A stretch of 64,000 nucleotides of DNA, from the NCBI RefSeq assembly GCF_009914755.1, contig NC_060937.1; one strand, 5' to 3'. This document shows, one piece after another, positions 31,032-46,769 of the stretch; positions within the stretch are counted from its first letter, which is position 1, and the number at the start of each line of letters is the position of its first letter. The position numbers and the translations under genes were made by a program. A model generated the notes under the pieces. It was not told the origin of the DNA and did no database searches. It saw only the letters and a program-made list of their open reading frames with translations. This DNA comes from the human T2T-CHM13v2.0 reference genome, Homo sapiens.

Positions 31032-31315
31032 CTGGGCATGGTGGTGCATGCCTGTAGTCCCAGCTACTTAAGAGGCTGAGACAGGGGCATTGCTTGAGCC
31101 CAGAGGTTTGAGTCTAGCCTGGGCAACATAGGGAGACCCTGAGAAAGAAGAAAGCAAAGCAAAGCAAAAAAAAAAAGAAAGAAAAGGAAGGAAAGAAAGG
31201 AAGGAAAGAGAGAAAAATAGAGAGAAAGAGAAAAAGAGAAAAGAGAGAAAGGAAGGAAGGAAGAAAGGGAAGGAAGGAAGGAAGGGAGGGAGGGAAGGGA
31301 AGGGAAGGGAAGAAA
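31032..31315 (+). mobile_element. FRAM-like Alu monomer with expanded GA-rich tail (31141-31315)
   Basis: Alu arm followed by (GAAA/GGAA/GGGA)n. Confidence 0.82.
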
Positions 31316-32175
31316 TGAGCATATCCTGTGATCACTTTGAATCTAAGCCTATAATTTTATGATAGATGTTCAACAATTCTTAGTTCTGTTGAGTCTGTGT
31401 CCGCTCAGCAGCTCAGCTGGGCATCTCAAAGGTCAAATCATTTAAATATTTTCTCTGAGTCAAATTCACAAACACAAGAGTTGATTCTACATCTGCAGAC
31501 AAACAGGTACCAGAAAGCCCTACCTCACTGTTACACACTAAGAGTGTGGAATGAACAGCAGGTGAAATAGCCAAACCTACACAAATCAACCAACAAAATC
31601 AAATGGGAGTTGAGGAGAGGGGTAGGTGTTACTCAGGTATAGTGCCAAGTGGATCTGAGGACAAGAATGTTCTCCTATGCATCTCTGTATCCTTAATACT
31701 AAGCACAGTGCCTGGCACAAAATAGATGCTCAAAAACCATTTGCTGAATTCAATTGAACTGAAATTTATGTCTGACAATTATTAACTATTTGCCTTTTCA
31801 TTTCGTATGAGGTTCACGATTCATTGTTATATATTTATTCATACATTGACTTGGATTTAATTGCTTATATCTCCCCCACTACATTACAAACACCATAAGG
31901 GACCATGTCTCCTATTGATCATTGTATATACCATGTAGCCCTGGTACATTGTGTGGCACATAGGAGGTGTGCACTTAATATTTGTTGAATGAAGTGAATA
32001 AATACTGGAAGTGGATCTCTAAAATAACTGTGTACTTGAAAGAATTCTAGAATCATAGAATCTTTCTAATCCTTTTAGTTATTATTTGTTTATTATCAAG
32101 TCTTCCCATTTAGACTGAACCATTTAAGAAATGAAGCAATTTAATCTAGATAAAATAATGGTAATGCAATAGTAA

Positions 32176-32548
<373 letters not shown>

Positions 32549-33419
32549 TCAGCTTCGAGTTTTTTAGGGAAACATTTTACTGGCCAACACTCCCATTTTC
32601 AAACAGACTTCACAGTCAATCCAGAGGCTGCAGATAACTAACTTAATCCTCTTCTTTGGGCTATATAACTGGGTTTGTCTTTTTTTTTTTTTTTTTTGGC
32701 ACTTCTACTGAAGGGCATACTAAGCAGAGAAAAGAAATCCAGTCAAACCATAAGCATGAATTTTGGCAGCTTTTATAACAGCCAAGCCTAGTGAACAGTT
32801 AGTATTTGGTGACTCCAATGTTGTCTTTCTGGACCTTTTCCCACCCAGTCATGGAGATATCCCTCCACCCAAAGCTGCTCCATTCATACCTAAGGCTCAA
32901 ATGGCTGTGAAGACAGTGTTTGTTACCGGTCTGCAATAAGATAACTTACATCAGAATATAAATGAAAGCACTGAAGCTTCCTGCATTGGAAAAGTCTTGC
33001 TACCTTGCTACCAAGATAAAAATATATTTCAGATGAACTAAATAGTGTGCTTCATGACATAATTGACTTAAATCCTGGCAAAAGATCCTTACCTGGTTGC
33101 AAGTCAGGAACAAAGAGCTTCAGAGACTGGCGCTTTGAGCAGCATTGTGCTAAGCCATAAAAAGATATCTCCTCCTGCATATCTGCATTTTAAAGGACAA
33201 TAAGAAGCTTCAAACTGAAGGAATCATTCCCTAAGCACAGGTTCTCACAAACATAGGGATATTATGTCTCGAACAGGTGGACATGGTATTTGGGGTTTAG
33301 AAGGGAACCACTGAAATGAGGCATCCTGCCATAACCAGATCTAGTACATAACACATGCATAAAACGGTATCAATTCCTTTTCTCCTACATCCTGACCCAA
33401 TCCAATTTTTTTTCAAAGG

Positions 33420-33568
33420 AACACATGCATTAGAATCACCTAAGAAATTTATTAAACATGCCTGTTGCCAGGCCAGCTGAATTAGAATAGCTGGGTATGG
33501 GCCTAGGAATCTGTATGCTTAACAGGCATCCAAAAGATTTATGTACACTGAAATCTGAGAACCACTGC
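33420..33568. mobile_element. MER5-like MITE fragment
   Basis: gcattagaatcacct...gggcctaggaatctgtat...tgagaaccactg. Confidence 0.65.
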
Positions 33569-34294
33569 ATTAGATCAGCTGAGGCTACAGAAAAGATCTT
33601 TGCAACTGCAAAGGAAACAAAAATAAAAGTCCAAAGTGAGCACCAAATAGGAACTTTTGTCCCTGCCACAGATATTTCAGAAAGCAAGTGAATACAGCAT
33701 AGCCGATCAACTGATGCAAGCACCCCCTACACCACAAATAGGCTTTGCCCTATAGCATTTGCCAGTTACTGTTTAAGCAAACCATTGTTTAACTGCCATT
33801 AACCTCATAGGATTATTGACACTGGGTATCCATTTCTCAAAGAGATGTCAGATATTTGACTAGGTTAAATTGAGAAACACTGGATTCTTTGGCTTGGTTT
33901 CGTTTTGTTAATGGAACTTCCTCACCTCAGAAACAGCATGTAAGTCAATTAGCCTTTTTCTAACTAAGGAAACAATGGACTTTATTCACATGGTATTTCA
34001 CTCACAAGTCCCCTAAATTACTGGCTTGCCAAACCCTGCTCAAGTAAGCAGGCTGAGTGACAATAACAAAAGCTAAATCATTTGGCATTTCAGTGACAAT
34101 GTATAACAGTGTATAAATTTTTTAAATCCCCTTACTGTTCTGCCTTCTCAGCAATGACACATCTACAAAATGGGCACTAGGCCAAGTACCCTACCACAAA
34201 ACAAAATCGTTGCCTGTTGTGGTATTAATGTTCAGTGAAGCAACTGGTCTCAGTACACAGTCAAGTAAACAGGCATCAAAGGGTAGAACCTAAC

Positions 34295-34885
34295 TGTTAA
34301 CCCAAAGTATCTGAGACGGGTCTCAGTCAATTTAGTAAGTTTTTCTTTTGTCTTTTTGGCCAAGATTAAGGAGGCACCCGTGACACAGCCTCAGGGGGCC
34401 CTGACGACATGTGCCCAAGGTGGCTGGGGTACAGCTTGCTTTTATACATTTTAGGGAGACATGAGACATTAGTCAACATGTGTAAGATGTACATTGGTTT
34501 GGCCAGGTAAGGCGGGACAACTCAATGTGGGGGCTTCCAGGTTAGAAGTAGATAAAAGACATTAAGGGTGCATTCTTTTGAGTCCTGATGAGCCTTCCAC
34601 TCAATACACAACTTAGTCTGACTCAGTGAATCTGCATTTTTACATAAACAATAGGGCAAAGGAAGCAATCAGATATGCATTTGTCTCAGGTGAGTCTCAG
34701 AGGGATGACTTTGAGTTCTGTCTGTCCTTTGTCCACAGTGAATTTCCTTGTGGACGAGGATCTGTGGCAAATTGCGAGGGAGGTATGTAGCTATGTTATT
34801 TAGGAATAAAATGGGAGGCAGGTTTGCCTGACATAGCTCCCAGTTTGATTTTTCCCTTGGCTTAGTGATTTATTTTCCTTTCACA
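34295..34885 (-). mobile_element. MER4A-like ERV1 solo LTR
   Basis: TG...CA; perfect 4-bp TSD TAAC (34291-34294, 34886-34889); reverse complement begins tgtgaaaggaaaataaatc. Confidence 0.9.
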
Positions 34886-35599
34886 TAACCACAGAGGAGA
34901 ATGCCATGGAGAGGGGCAATAACAGGCACTGAACATCAGGAATGCTGGCAGGCGAGTCAGATATGGCTCCAAGTCTGTTCAGTGGTCTCCACAAGGCTTC
35001 CACAAAGGCCAAAGGTTTCATGCTGACGTATGATAACAAACACAAGAGAACCAACAGCCTGGGCAAATTAAATCTACGGTTTTTTATGAGCTAGTCCATA
35101 ATGAAAAGTCTCTCACAGACTGAAAAAATGTTCCATATCAATCGAATCACAATATTTAAGAAAGCCATGACCAATTTGCTTAAGACTGCTCCTTCAGCTG
35201 CCCCTCTTCAGCATCCCTCCCAGAGGAAGAAAAAGCATTAGACAAAAAGATTCAGATCAACACTGCCCCCCTTCAAGAGAGTCATGGCACACCAGACACA
35301 AAGCAGTGAATCACCTGTCATTTGTTTCCAGTTCTTCCTCATCAGCCCACAGTCATACATCTGGCATCAAATAGTATAGCTTTTACTTTTTTCCTAGTAG
35401 AATCAGTGTCATTCAATTGCAAGTTGAAAGTTAGGAAAATGGAAAGTTCAATTTTTCTACAAATAAGCAAGGATAACTTTGACAGGCGCTGCAACACTCT
35501 CTGTCATGGTTTCAACAGATCTCTTTCCTACCTCCTACTTTAAGTAAAAGTTAAATAAAGAGTCTCCCTGTATGTGCCAGTTTCATATACACGCAAGAA

Positions 35600-36239
35600 C
35601 ATACAGGAAGTTAGTATATGATAAAGATGACATTTTAAAATTGGTGGGAAATAGATAAAATAGGGAAAAGTAAATCCCTTAAGGGATAAGTAAATGGTGT
35701 TTGGGAAACAGATTAGGCATTTGAGAGGGGAAATTTGCATTCATAACTCAAGTTCAGACTTTGTAACAAAACAATTAAGCCTTTCAAAACATATCATGAA
35801 AACTAGAAACCACAAAGACTAATACATTTCATTATATTTAAAATGACATATGACATATATATAAAATACATAATAGGCAAAAATGGTTAATCTCAAATAT
35901 ACAAAAAGTTATTAATACTAGGAAGAATGAACAGTCAATAGAAAAACAGTCAAAGAACATGAAAAGGGCTGGGCGCGGTGGCTCACGCCTGTAATCCCAG
36001 CACTTTGGGAGGCCGAGGCAGGCGGATCACGAGGTCAGGTGATCGAGACCATCCTGGCTAACACGGTGAAACCCTGTCTCTACTAAAAATACAAAAAATT
36101 AGCGGGGCGGGTGCCTGTAGTCCCAGCTACTCAGGAGGCTGAGGCAGGAGAATGGCGTGAACCCAGGAGGCGGAGCTTGCAGTGAGCCGAGATCGCACCA
36201 CTGCACTCCAGCCTGGGCGACAGAGCGAGACTCTGTCGC

Positions 36240-36270
<31 letters not shown>

Positions 36271-36970
36271 ATGAAAAGGAAGTCACACGCTGACACACAC
36301 AAACACACACACACATACACTTCCACAAATGCCCAGTCAACAGATGAAAGCTCAATCAACATTAAACAGGACATGGTTTTTGCCCATTGGAATTAGCAAT
36401 ACAATGTTATCAAGTATGGAAATATTATTGTGCATTATGAATGGAAGAGTAACCAAAAGAGACTTTCTGGAAAGCGGTTCATGCTTTTACACAGCTATTC
36501 CACTTACAGGTTTTTACCCTAAGGAGAAATTACCCATGTGCTGAAAGACATATGCACCAGAGTGTTCACCTATTATTTATAATGTTAAAGACATATAAAC
36601 CAAATGTCAATAATTGCAAGGCTAGGTTAAATAAACCATGATATACACATTCTCTTGTATGTGCAGCTATTAAAAATTATGTAGTCCTATATTTGATGCC
36701 ATGGAAAGATCCTTATTTGAAGAAATGCAGATTATAGAACATTATGTTTATGATCCTATTTATATAAAAGTGTATTCATATCTATCCACATATGCTCATA
36801 TTTAGAGACGACCAGAAGATTGTTTACAAAACTGTTAACATTAGTTATTTCTGGGTTCTGGCACTGCAGGTGATCTTTACTTGTCTGCACTTTCTTGTAT
36901 CATTCCAGTTTTGAAGGGGTTTATTTTTTCAATGAGTATGTGTCATTTTTACTAAAACAAAGATATTTTT
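35600..36970 (+). mobile_element. Ancient L1M(E) 3' fragments
   Basis: aaatggtgtttgggaaaac; gctattccacttacagg; gcagctattaaaa; boundaries approximate. Confidence 0.55.
35967..36263 (+). mobile_element. AluY
   Basis: TSD aaagaacatgaaaagg; long A tail. Confidence 0.93.
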
Positions 36971-37214
36971 TCTAAAACGATGCTGGTTTCATCAAACAAG
37001 GATATCAAAAACAAATAAAAAGATGCTTCTCTGCTTTAAGAACAAATCATAGGAATAATCATAAAGTAGTTGAGGCTTTTCTCCAGTTTCCTTCATATTA
37101 CATGCTCAGCTGGTCACTCTGGAATTGTCACTCTCAACTGATGAACTGCAGGCTCTCAACTGGTGGTCAATCAACTCCTATTGAAGACATTAATAGATGT
37201 TAGTGTTTAGTTGG

Positions 37215-37871
<657 letters not shown>

Positions 37872-38516
37872 ATTGGCAACAAATGAACCAGAAAGCTTAG
37901 GCCACTCCTGGCCCTTTCAATACTTCTCCCAACTTGCTAAACTTAGTGATTTCTGTGTTACTGTATTAGTGCTGACTAGACTCTAGGGCACCCAACAGTC
38001 ATGACTTCTTTAGTTAATGGCAATTGTTTCGCAGATTTACATAGCTATGAGTACCATAATGTTAATCACAACTACTCAATGCTGATTCTCTTATCCCTAG
38101 ACATTTGTTTATAGCTTACTTCCAATTTGTGTTTATATCTTCACAAATTGGATGTGATGGTGCTTTTTTCAGTCCTGCTCAAAATGTTATCTGTGGACTG
38201 ATGCCAGTCCACAAACAGATCACAAATCTGCAAGTGATAAACAGATATTTTAAAATATTTAGAAACTTCTACAGCAGTTTGAAAGAGCAATTTTATCCTG
38301 TAGAATCAAAAATAAATGAATAAAAGAATTGAGGCTTTTCTGTGCTTTTTGAAAATTTCACTTTTCTAGTAATTGTTTTTTATAAAAGAATCAGTCCATT
38401 ATAGAATTTTAATTTCCAATTTAAAAAAAATGGCCCTTATTTTTAAAAACTCATCTTTCCTCTCAGTTTAAGAGCTGGCTTATTATAACTTATGCACAGA
38501 AGCATAAATATGGTAG

Positions 38517-38973
38517 TGTATTAAATTTCCTAACTCTGCCATCAAAAATTAGCAGCAATTTCATAGCCTAAAACAACACAAACGTATTATCTCACAGTTC
38601 TGTAGGGCAGGCATCTGGATAGGCTTGGCTGGTTTCTCTGCTTAATTTCACAAAACCAAAATCATGGAGTCAGTGAGCTGTGCTCTCATCAGGAGGCTGT
38701 GAGAAGAACCTACCTCAGAATGCATTCAGATGGCTAGCAAAAGCCAGCTCCTTGCACTTGTAGGACTGAGACCCCCACATCCTTGCTCGCTGTCAGCTAA
38801 CAGCCACACTCAGCTAAAGGTCTCTCTCCAGTCCTTGCACACAAACCCTACATCTCAGAAGCAGCAACAGGGCATTGAATTGTTGCCTCCAGCTGTGGAT
38901 TATTCTTTGCTTTTAAGGGTTCATGTGATTAGACTGGGCCTGCAGGGAAATCCAGGATAATCTCCCCTATTTT
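38517..38973 (-). mobile_element. MLT1(E)-like LTR, truncated, abutting an Alu left arm (38974-39122, minus)
   Basis: aaaacaacacaaacgtattatctcacagttctgtagg; aagggttcatgtgattagactgggcc. Confidence 0.7.
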
Positions 38974-39310
38974 ATGCCACCATGCCTGGTTTTTGTATTT
39001 TTAGTAGAGATGGGGTTTCACCATGTTGGCCAGGCTGGTCTTGAACTCCTGACCTCAGGTGATCCACCTGCCTCAGCCTCCCAAAGTGCTGGGATTACAG
39101 GTGTGCTCCACTGCTCCCAGCCTACTTTTTTCCTCATTTTATACTGCAAACCTCTAAATCTGTTTTACCACTACACGTTAAATTATAGAAATCTAAAAGC
39201 CACAGGACTTTCCTCACCCTTTACATTTTGACAGGACAAAAGAGTATGACTAACTACAGACCTCTACCCTTGACCCACCATCCAACATTTACATCCATCA
39301 TTTTGCAACT

Positions 39311-39616
39311 TCTTTCATTTTTTTATTTTTTTGAGACAGAGTCTCGCTCTGTCGCCCGGGCTGGAGTACAGTGGCACGATCTCGGCTCACTGCAACCTCC
39401 ACCTTCTGGGTTCACGCCATCTCCTGCCTCAGCCTCACAAGTAGCTGGGACTACAGGTGCCCACCACCACGCTCGGCTAATTTTTTGTATTTTTAGAAAC
39501 CTAACACGGCTTTCACCGTGTTAGGCCAGGATGGTCTCGATCTCCTGACCTCGTGATCTGCCCACCTTGGCCTCCCAAAATGCTGGGATTACAGGCATGA
39601 GCCACTGTGCCCGGCC
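39311..39616 (-). mobile_element. AluY/Sc-like
   Basis: Flanked by ttgcaacttct. Confidence 0.9.
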
Positions 39617-40392
39617 TTGCAACTTCTCTAAATAGAATTCTTTGCCAGATGGAAACAACTCACCAAAATATTAACAGCTTCATTGCCCTCTGCTGGAGTT
39701 TTGAGAGTTGGTTTCTGTTTTTTGGTTTTTGCCTGCTTATTTTTCCCCTTCATGGGCATCTGCTACCAAGTGCCAGAATCAAGCTGGCTTGGTCTAGGCT
39801 TTGCAACTGCAAGGTTAACAGTCAAAATTGGTTATACTCTTGGTACAAACCATAGTATTTAGTATCTACTCAACTATACCTTAGAGAACTCAAATGTTAA
39901 AATAGGCTTTTTTCATATGAAGCGGGTAGGGCCACAAGGAAGCAAGTATCAGCACTGCATAAAGAATACTCAAGGTTTTATGTGTTTTAGGAAATGAGGT
40001 GTGAAGGTGTGTAAGTAGCTACCAGCTGGTTGTTTCAAGTCTCCATTCTCCACAATCATTCTCCATAACCATTCTTGCCAAGACTAGTTAGTTTCAATTC
40101 CACTGGTTACTTTTTAGTCCTTACTATACTTGACTTCTGAGCTGCATTAGATACCATTGATGACTCTATCCTTGAAATATTTTTCCCTTGCCTTCCCTAA
40201 AATTTTGTTACAGTTTTCCCCTTCAGTCACTTAAGAAACACTTTAAAGCCATGCACTCTTCTTTTTGCATTCCAAGCATCAGACGTCTTCCAAACTCCTA
40301 GCAGATTCGAAGTACCACCTCTGTCCTAGCAGCTACTAAACTCTGAGTTAACTCAACATCCACTGTTTGTTCTTTCAGTCTCCAAGCATGAA

Positions 40393-40848
40393 TTGTGATG
40401 GTTTTGAAAAATGTTAACAAAATATTTGATGCTTCTCCCTTCAAAAAGTGGGGCTTAATTTCCCTCCCCTTTGTGGGCTGGATTTTCTAATAAACAGTGC
40501 AGCAGAAGTGACAATGAGACTAGAACACAAAGGCACTGTGGCTTGGGGGGCAGGGGGCGGGCAGCAAAGAGCCAGCTGCCATGTCACAAGGACACGAGCA
40601 GCCCTGTGGATAGGTCCACATGGTAAGAAACTGAGGCCTCTGGCCAACAGCCATACAAGTTAGCCACCTTGGAAGTAGGTCATCCAGGCTCAGTGTCACC
40701 TTTGAATAACTGCAGCACAAGAACTAATCCCAGCTAAACTGATCCCAAACCTACAGATATGAGATATAAATGAGATAGTAAATGTTGTTGTTTGAAACTC
40801 ACTAAGTGTTTGGGGTAATCTGTTATGCAAGAATAGATAACTAAAACA
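40393..40848 (+). mobile_element. MLT1F-like LTR
   Basis: tgtgatggtt...ggtccacatggtaagaaactgaggcctc...gtaatctgttatgcaagaatagataactaaaaca. Confidence 0.75.
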
Positions 40849-41035
40849 CTAGTATTACCAATAATCTGTATTATATCCTCTCTGATATACAAAGCACTGT
40901 TTTTAACTCCTAAGTAGACCTTGAATAATACAAATAATACAAATAATGCCAATCTTAGTTAATCACTGGCTGGTATTCTTTGGAATGAATCTTTAAAAAG
41001 TAAAAACTAAATGACTGGACTTTTAATTATCACAA

Positions 41036-41346
<311 letters not shown>

Positions 41347-41539
41347 TAAATGGTTTATGGCTCTGATACTCTGTGTCATATATATGTAAACTACCAAATA
41401 TATATTTGGCTAAAAATACATATTGTTTTCTACATATAAATTCTCTCACATATTTTTGTTCTCTTCCCTTACTAAATAAACTTCACTGATAAGAAAAGAG
41501 CTAAGTAAACTGAGGGACACTAGCATTAAAACTTACTCT

Positions 41540-41776
41540 AAGGCAGAAAGACTGCTTGATGCCAGCCTGGGCAATGTAGCAGGACCCCATCTCTATAAAA
41601 AATAAATTAGCTGGGCATGTTGGCATGCACATGTAGTCCCAGCTACAAAAGGAGGCTGAGGCAGGACGATCACTTGAACCCAGGAGATTGAAACTGCAGT
41701 GAGTCATGATTGTGCCACTGCACTCCAGCCTGGTTGACAGACTGAGATCCTGTCTCAAAAAAACAAAAAACAAAAG
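41540..41776 (+). mobile_element. 5'-truncated AluJ-like within a MIR
   Basis: Alu sequence splitting a minus-strand MIR (gtaaactgagggac ... ggatccagattcaaagc). Confidence 0.8.
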
Positions 41777-42082
41777 AAGCCCTCATATAGCTAGTAAGTA
41801 GTGGATCCAGATTCAAAGCAGACAGTCTACTTTCAAAGTCTGTACTCATCATCACTACGTTATGCTGCCTCTCATAGTATATACATCTGATCACACTTTA
41901 AGAACATCACAATAGGTAGAAGTTCTTAAATCCATCAGTATGGTTAAATAGTCTACTGCTTGGTCAACATTTCCTTCCATGGCATTAGTTAACTACCAAG
42001 TTTTATGCAGTGAGCAAAAGGTCAATATGTATATATACACACACACATATATTTACATATATGGACAAAAAGAACCATGTGA

Positions 42083-42520
<438 letters not shown>

Positions 42521-42613
42521 TTTCCTTTAGAGGATATACTAGATGGCATACACATAAATAGCAGACTTCCAGTGAACTATCTATCTATAAGTAGCTGTAT
42601 AATATGTATGGTT

Positions 42614-42932
42614 GGCTGGGTGCAGTAGTTCATACATGTAATCTCAACATTTTGGGAGGCAAAGCCAGGAGGATTGCTTGAGCTCAGGAGTAAGAGACCA
42701 GCCTAAGCAACATAGTGATACCCTGTCCCTACCAAAAAAAAACAAAAATCAAAAACAAAAAAAAAACACATATGTTTTTTTGTGGTGTGTGCCTGTAGTC
42801 CCTGCTACTTAGGAGGCTCAGGTGGGAGGACTGCTTGAGCCCAGGAGGCAGAGGTTGCAGTGAGCATGATCATACCACTGCACTCCAGCTTGGGTGACAG
42901 AGTGAGACCCTGACTCAAAAAAAAAAAACAAA
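42614..42932 (+). mobile_element. AluJ-like
   Basis: Diverged dimer with expanded A-rich linker. Confidence 0.85.
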
Positions 42933-43020
42933 TCACTGTCATGGCAAGTACATGATCTAAGAATTGGTGCTTAGACCTCTATACTGCAATAACGAACAAA
43001 TCAACTTCTACTGTGTTTAC

Positions 43021-43075
43021 TTCAAAACAAGCAAACAAAAGCCATGAACCCAAATCATATTGGGAGATTTTTATT
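43021..43075 (-). terminator. SUCLA2 polyadenylation signal and GU-rich downstream element
   Basis: AATAAA on minus strand (plus TTTATT 43070-43075), followed ~25 nt later by GGTTCATGGCTTTTGTTTGCTTGTTTTG. Confidence 0.85.
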
Positions 43076-43769
43076 AACTTAAATTGACATTCTTAATTTT
43101 GTCTGTAATTCCTTGGTATATATGCCTTTATTTGAAGCAAACCTACAGGTGTTTCTTAATATGACAGAATCATGAAGACTTGCAGTTAATCAGTGTTTCC
43201 TAATGATTAAAACAATGTTCAAATAATTACAAAGTTACTTCATCAAAATACTTAGAAGAATATTCTGAGGAGTGTTTGAAAGCTCTGTTTATAAATAGTG
43301 ATTGATACATTTATCATGTATTTGGTGCTGAAGATAAACACTTTTTACATAAAACATTGTTTTAATATACTGCTCTACTAATGAGGCTAGTTATTAGATA
43401 TACTGTATTTTAACACTAAAGAATAAAGCTTTATCTTCGTACTTATCTTATTTATAGGACTCTTATCAATGAAGAACTTTGTATCCAACAATAATAAACT
43501 GGCAAATTGCAAGTTACGTTTTGTAGGAGAAGCAAAAAAGACTGGCTGCGACGAAAGAAAGAAGATAACTGCATTATACATGCTTCGTACAAACAGTCCA
43601 TTCTGAATGGTACAATTAAATGCAGTCCAAATCCTTTTAAATGTTTGTGTGCCTAGATGGCAATTACAATCTCCACACACTAAAAAGAAAAAGAACAATA
43701 ACACAGAACACAGTATTCTTAATGATTATAGCACATTTAACACCTTCAGCCATCCACTGGGTTTTCAGA
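43055..43769 (-). other. SUCLA2: SUCLA2 3' UTR (end approximate)
   Basis: Non-repetitive AT-rich sequence between the stop codon and the poly(A) signal. Confidence 0.85.
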
Positions 43770-43844
43770 TCATATTGGCAACTGAAATTTCACATCCACA
43801 TGTGCTTGCTTCGCTAAGGTCACTATTTCAGAGAGCTTTACAAC
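43770..43844 (-). CDS. SUCLA2: SUCLA2 terminal coding exon (exon 11), CDS part
   Basis: VVKLSEIVTLAKQAHVDVKFQLPI then TGA (43772-43770); acceptor cttttcttttAG; frame continuous with upstream exons. Confidence 0.96.
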   Translation of the reverse strand, partial: VVKLSEIVTLAKQAHVDVKFQLPI

Positions 43845-44129
43845 CTAAAAGAAAAGAACGAAGAATTTTCACAAAAAGGTAAATTCAGAACTACAGGTCA
43901 GTGCAAAATTAATGTACACTCAATTTTTTCCATTTAAAACATCTGGACTATTCTGACATTGCTATAAATCACATTACGTTCTTATAAGCAAATGACATTC
44001 TCAAAGGATAATCAAGTCTGACACTCCTCATAGTCCAAACTTCAATTAAATACTTTCTGATTAAGATGTTATACCACCTGCTAGGATTACACATATGTAT
44101 TACATAAGATTATATATGTGTGTATAAAA

Positions 44130-44143
44130 TGTGTGTGTATGTA

Positions 44144-44191
<48 letters not shown>
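44130..44191. repeat. (TG)n(TA)n microsatellite
   Basis: Direct reading. Confidence 0.92.
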
Positions 44192-44194
<3 letters not shown>

Positions 44195-44394
44195 CTAAAT
44201 TTTATCTTAAAGACAGAAACAGTGAGTGTCTTTGTTGGATACTCCACAACTCAAAGCACATCTAAGTAAAAATTTGTTTTGAAATAAGTATACAATCTTA
44301 ACTTAAAATGTTGGGATAGAAATTTGGGTCTACTAGTTAGTATTTTACTTTTTGTCAGTAAGTTAACAATTGCTAACCTGAGTTCCAATTCTCT

Positions 44395-44556
44395 CTACAA
44401 TCTGTCTAAAAATATCCACCAGTTACCATACAAAACATCATACAAATTTAGACATGTCTAAGACCAAAAAAACAAACTCAGCTTCTCTCTTCCTCAGTAA
44501 ATTAGTTAAGAAAAGGCTTTGAAGTTAGATATCTTTGGCTGCAAATCCCCCCTCTG
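44395..44556 (+). repeat. Intronic copy of the ~160-bp duplicated segment (runs into a MIR that continues to ~44725)
   Basis: Direct alignment by eye with 42083-42132 plus 42411-42520. Confidence 0.93.
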
Positions 44557-45249
44557 ATACTTATGACATACAACCTTGAATAAGTTAACTTATCTAGCCT
44601 GTTTCTTCATCTATAAAAATGGAAATTTTATCACCAAATTCATATTAAATGAGATAATCCTTGAAGAAAACAGCTTAGCATTGCATGCACAGTAAACACT
44701 CAATAAACAGTAGTAACTGCTAATATCATCATCATCTCATTCAATATTATTATTGCTATGACTTCTATAATCTCCCAGTCAATAAAAACACTGTAGTCAT
44801 AATTTAAATCAACTGTTCACTTTTACCTCTCATGATCTATTTGATCAAGGTCCTACTGGTTCTTCTCCTTCTTTTCATGTCCTCCAAGCTTTTCTTAATT
44901 TAAGTTTTCATTCCAAAAAAGTGCACTTTCAGAGACAAGTTATAACCTATTTATTACCTTCACCTTTTCTCATATCTAAGTATTGCACTAGATGGACTCC
45001 TACTATCTCTCCCCTTTTCCCTTCAATATATCCCACATCTCAAAGTCAAAATAGGCTTTCTGAAATACTTTCTCCTACTATTCCCTTGCTCAAATTCTTT
45101 ATTTTTAATTCAGGTTTAAGTTTAAATTCTTCTGTCTCCAAGCTAGAGTTAAATTTTGTTTACTAGTAAGTACTTTCCCAAAGAAGGACATAAGACTTTT
45201 ATTATTTTTGTGAAATGACATCACATTAACTGGGTAAATTCAAGAGTCT

Positions 45250-45853
<604 letters not shown>

Positions 45854-46052
45854 ATCAAGAGTCTACTATTGATTAAGCTATAGAGCCCAAAGAGTGTTCG
45901 AGTGTTCAATGAAATGTCTATAAACATAATGGAAGGGAAGACAAAAAATTCTCATCTCTCTGTATCTACTATGAAGTGTTCTCTGATACACATTATTGTT
46001 AAGTAAAAGAAACAAAGTATAGATTACCATTAATCTAAAGTGGGAAAAGGGA

Positions 46053-46053
<1 letters not shown>

Positions 46054-46092
<39 letters not shown>
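46054..46092. repeat. (CA)n microsatellite
   Basis: Direct reading. Confidence 0.93.
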
Positions 46093-46094
<2 letters not shown>

Positions 46095-46757
46095 CCCCCC
46101 CTTATCCAATTTCACTTTCTACAGTTTCAGTTACCTGCAGTCAACTGTGGTCCAAAAATTTTAAATGAGAAATTCCAGAAATAAAAAAGTCATTAAGTTT
46201 TAAACTGTGTGTTGTTCTGAGAAGTGTGATGAAATCTTGCACCATCCTGCTCCAAGTGGAATGTGAACCATCTCTTTGCCCAGCGTATCCACGCTGTATA
46301 AACTACTCTTCCATTAGTCATCAACATTATCTACTCTTGACATCCAACAATCAACATCATGGCTCAATGATCCAGGATGAACCAAAGCAGATGATTCTCC
46401 TTCTGTTACATCATTAGGTCAGTAGTAGCCTAACACTATGTCACAATGCCTTCATCATTCACCTCAGTTCATCTCACCAAGTAAGCATTTTATCATCTCA
46501 TTATCACCACAAAGGTGAGTATAGAACAATAAGATATTTTGAGAGACCACATTCACATTTATCACGGTATATTGTTATAATTGTTCTACTTTATTATTAG
46601 TTGTTGTTAATCTGTTACTATGTCTAATACATAAACTTTATCAAAGGAATATATGTACAGGAAGAAGCACAGTATATACAGGTTTGGAACTATCTGTGAT
46701 TCAGGCACCCACTAGGGGTCTTGCAACACATTCCCTGCAGATAAGGGGGGACTACTG
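46091..46757. mobile_element. MER44/Tigger7-like TcMar DNA transposon
   Basis: Inverted termini cagtccccccc-ttatc ... gataaggggggactactg. Confidence 0.8.
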
Positions 46758-46769
46758 CACACATACATA

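Noticed and set aside
36920-36925. Minus-strand AATAAA as an alternative SUCLA2 end
   Set aside because: No GU-rich downstream element and lies in old L1 sequence; not supportable from sequence alone
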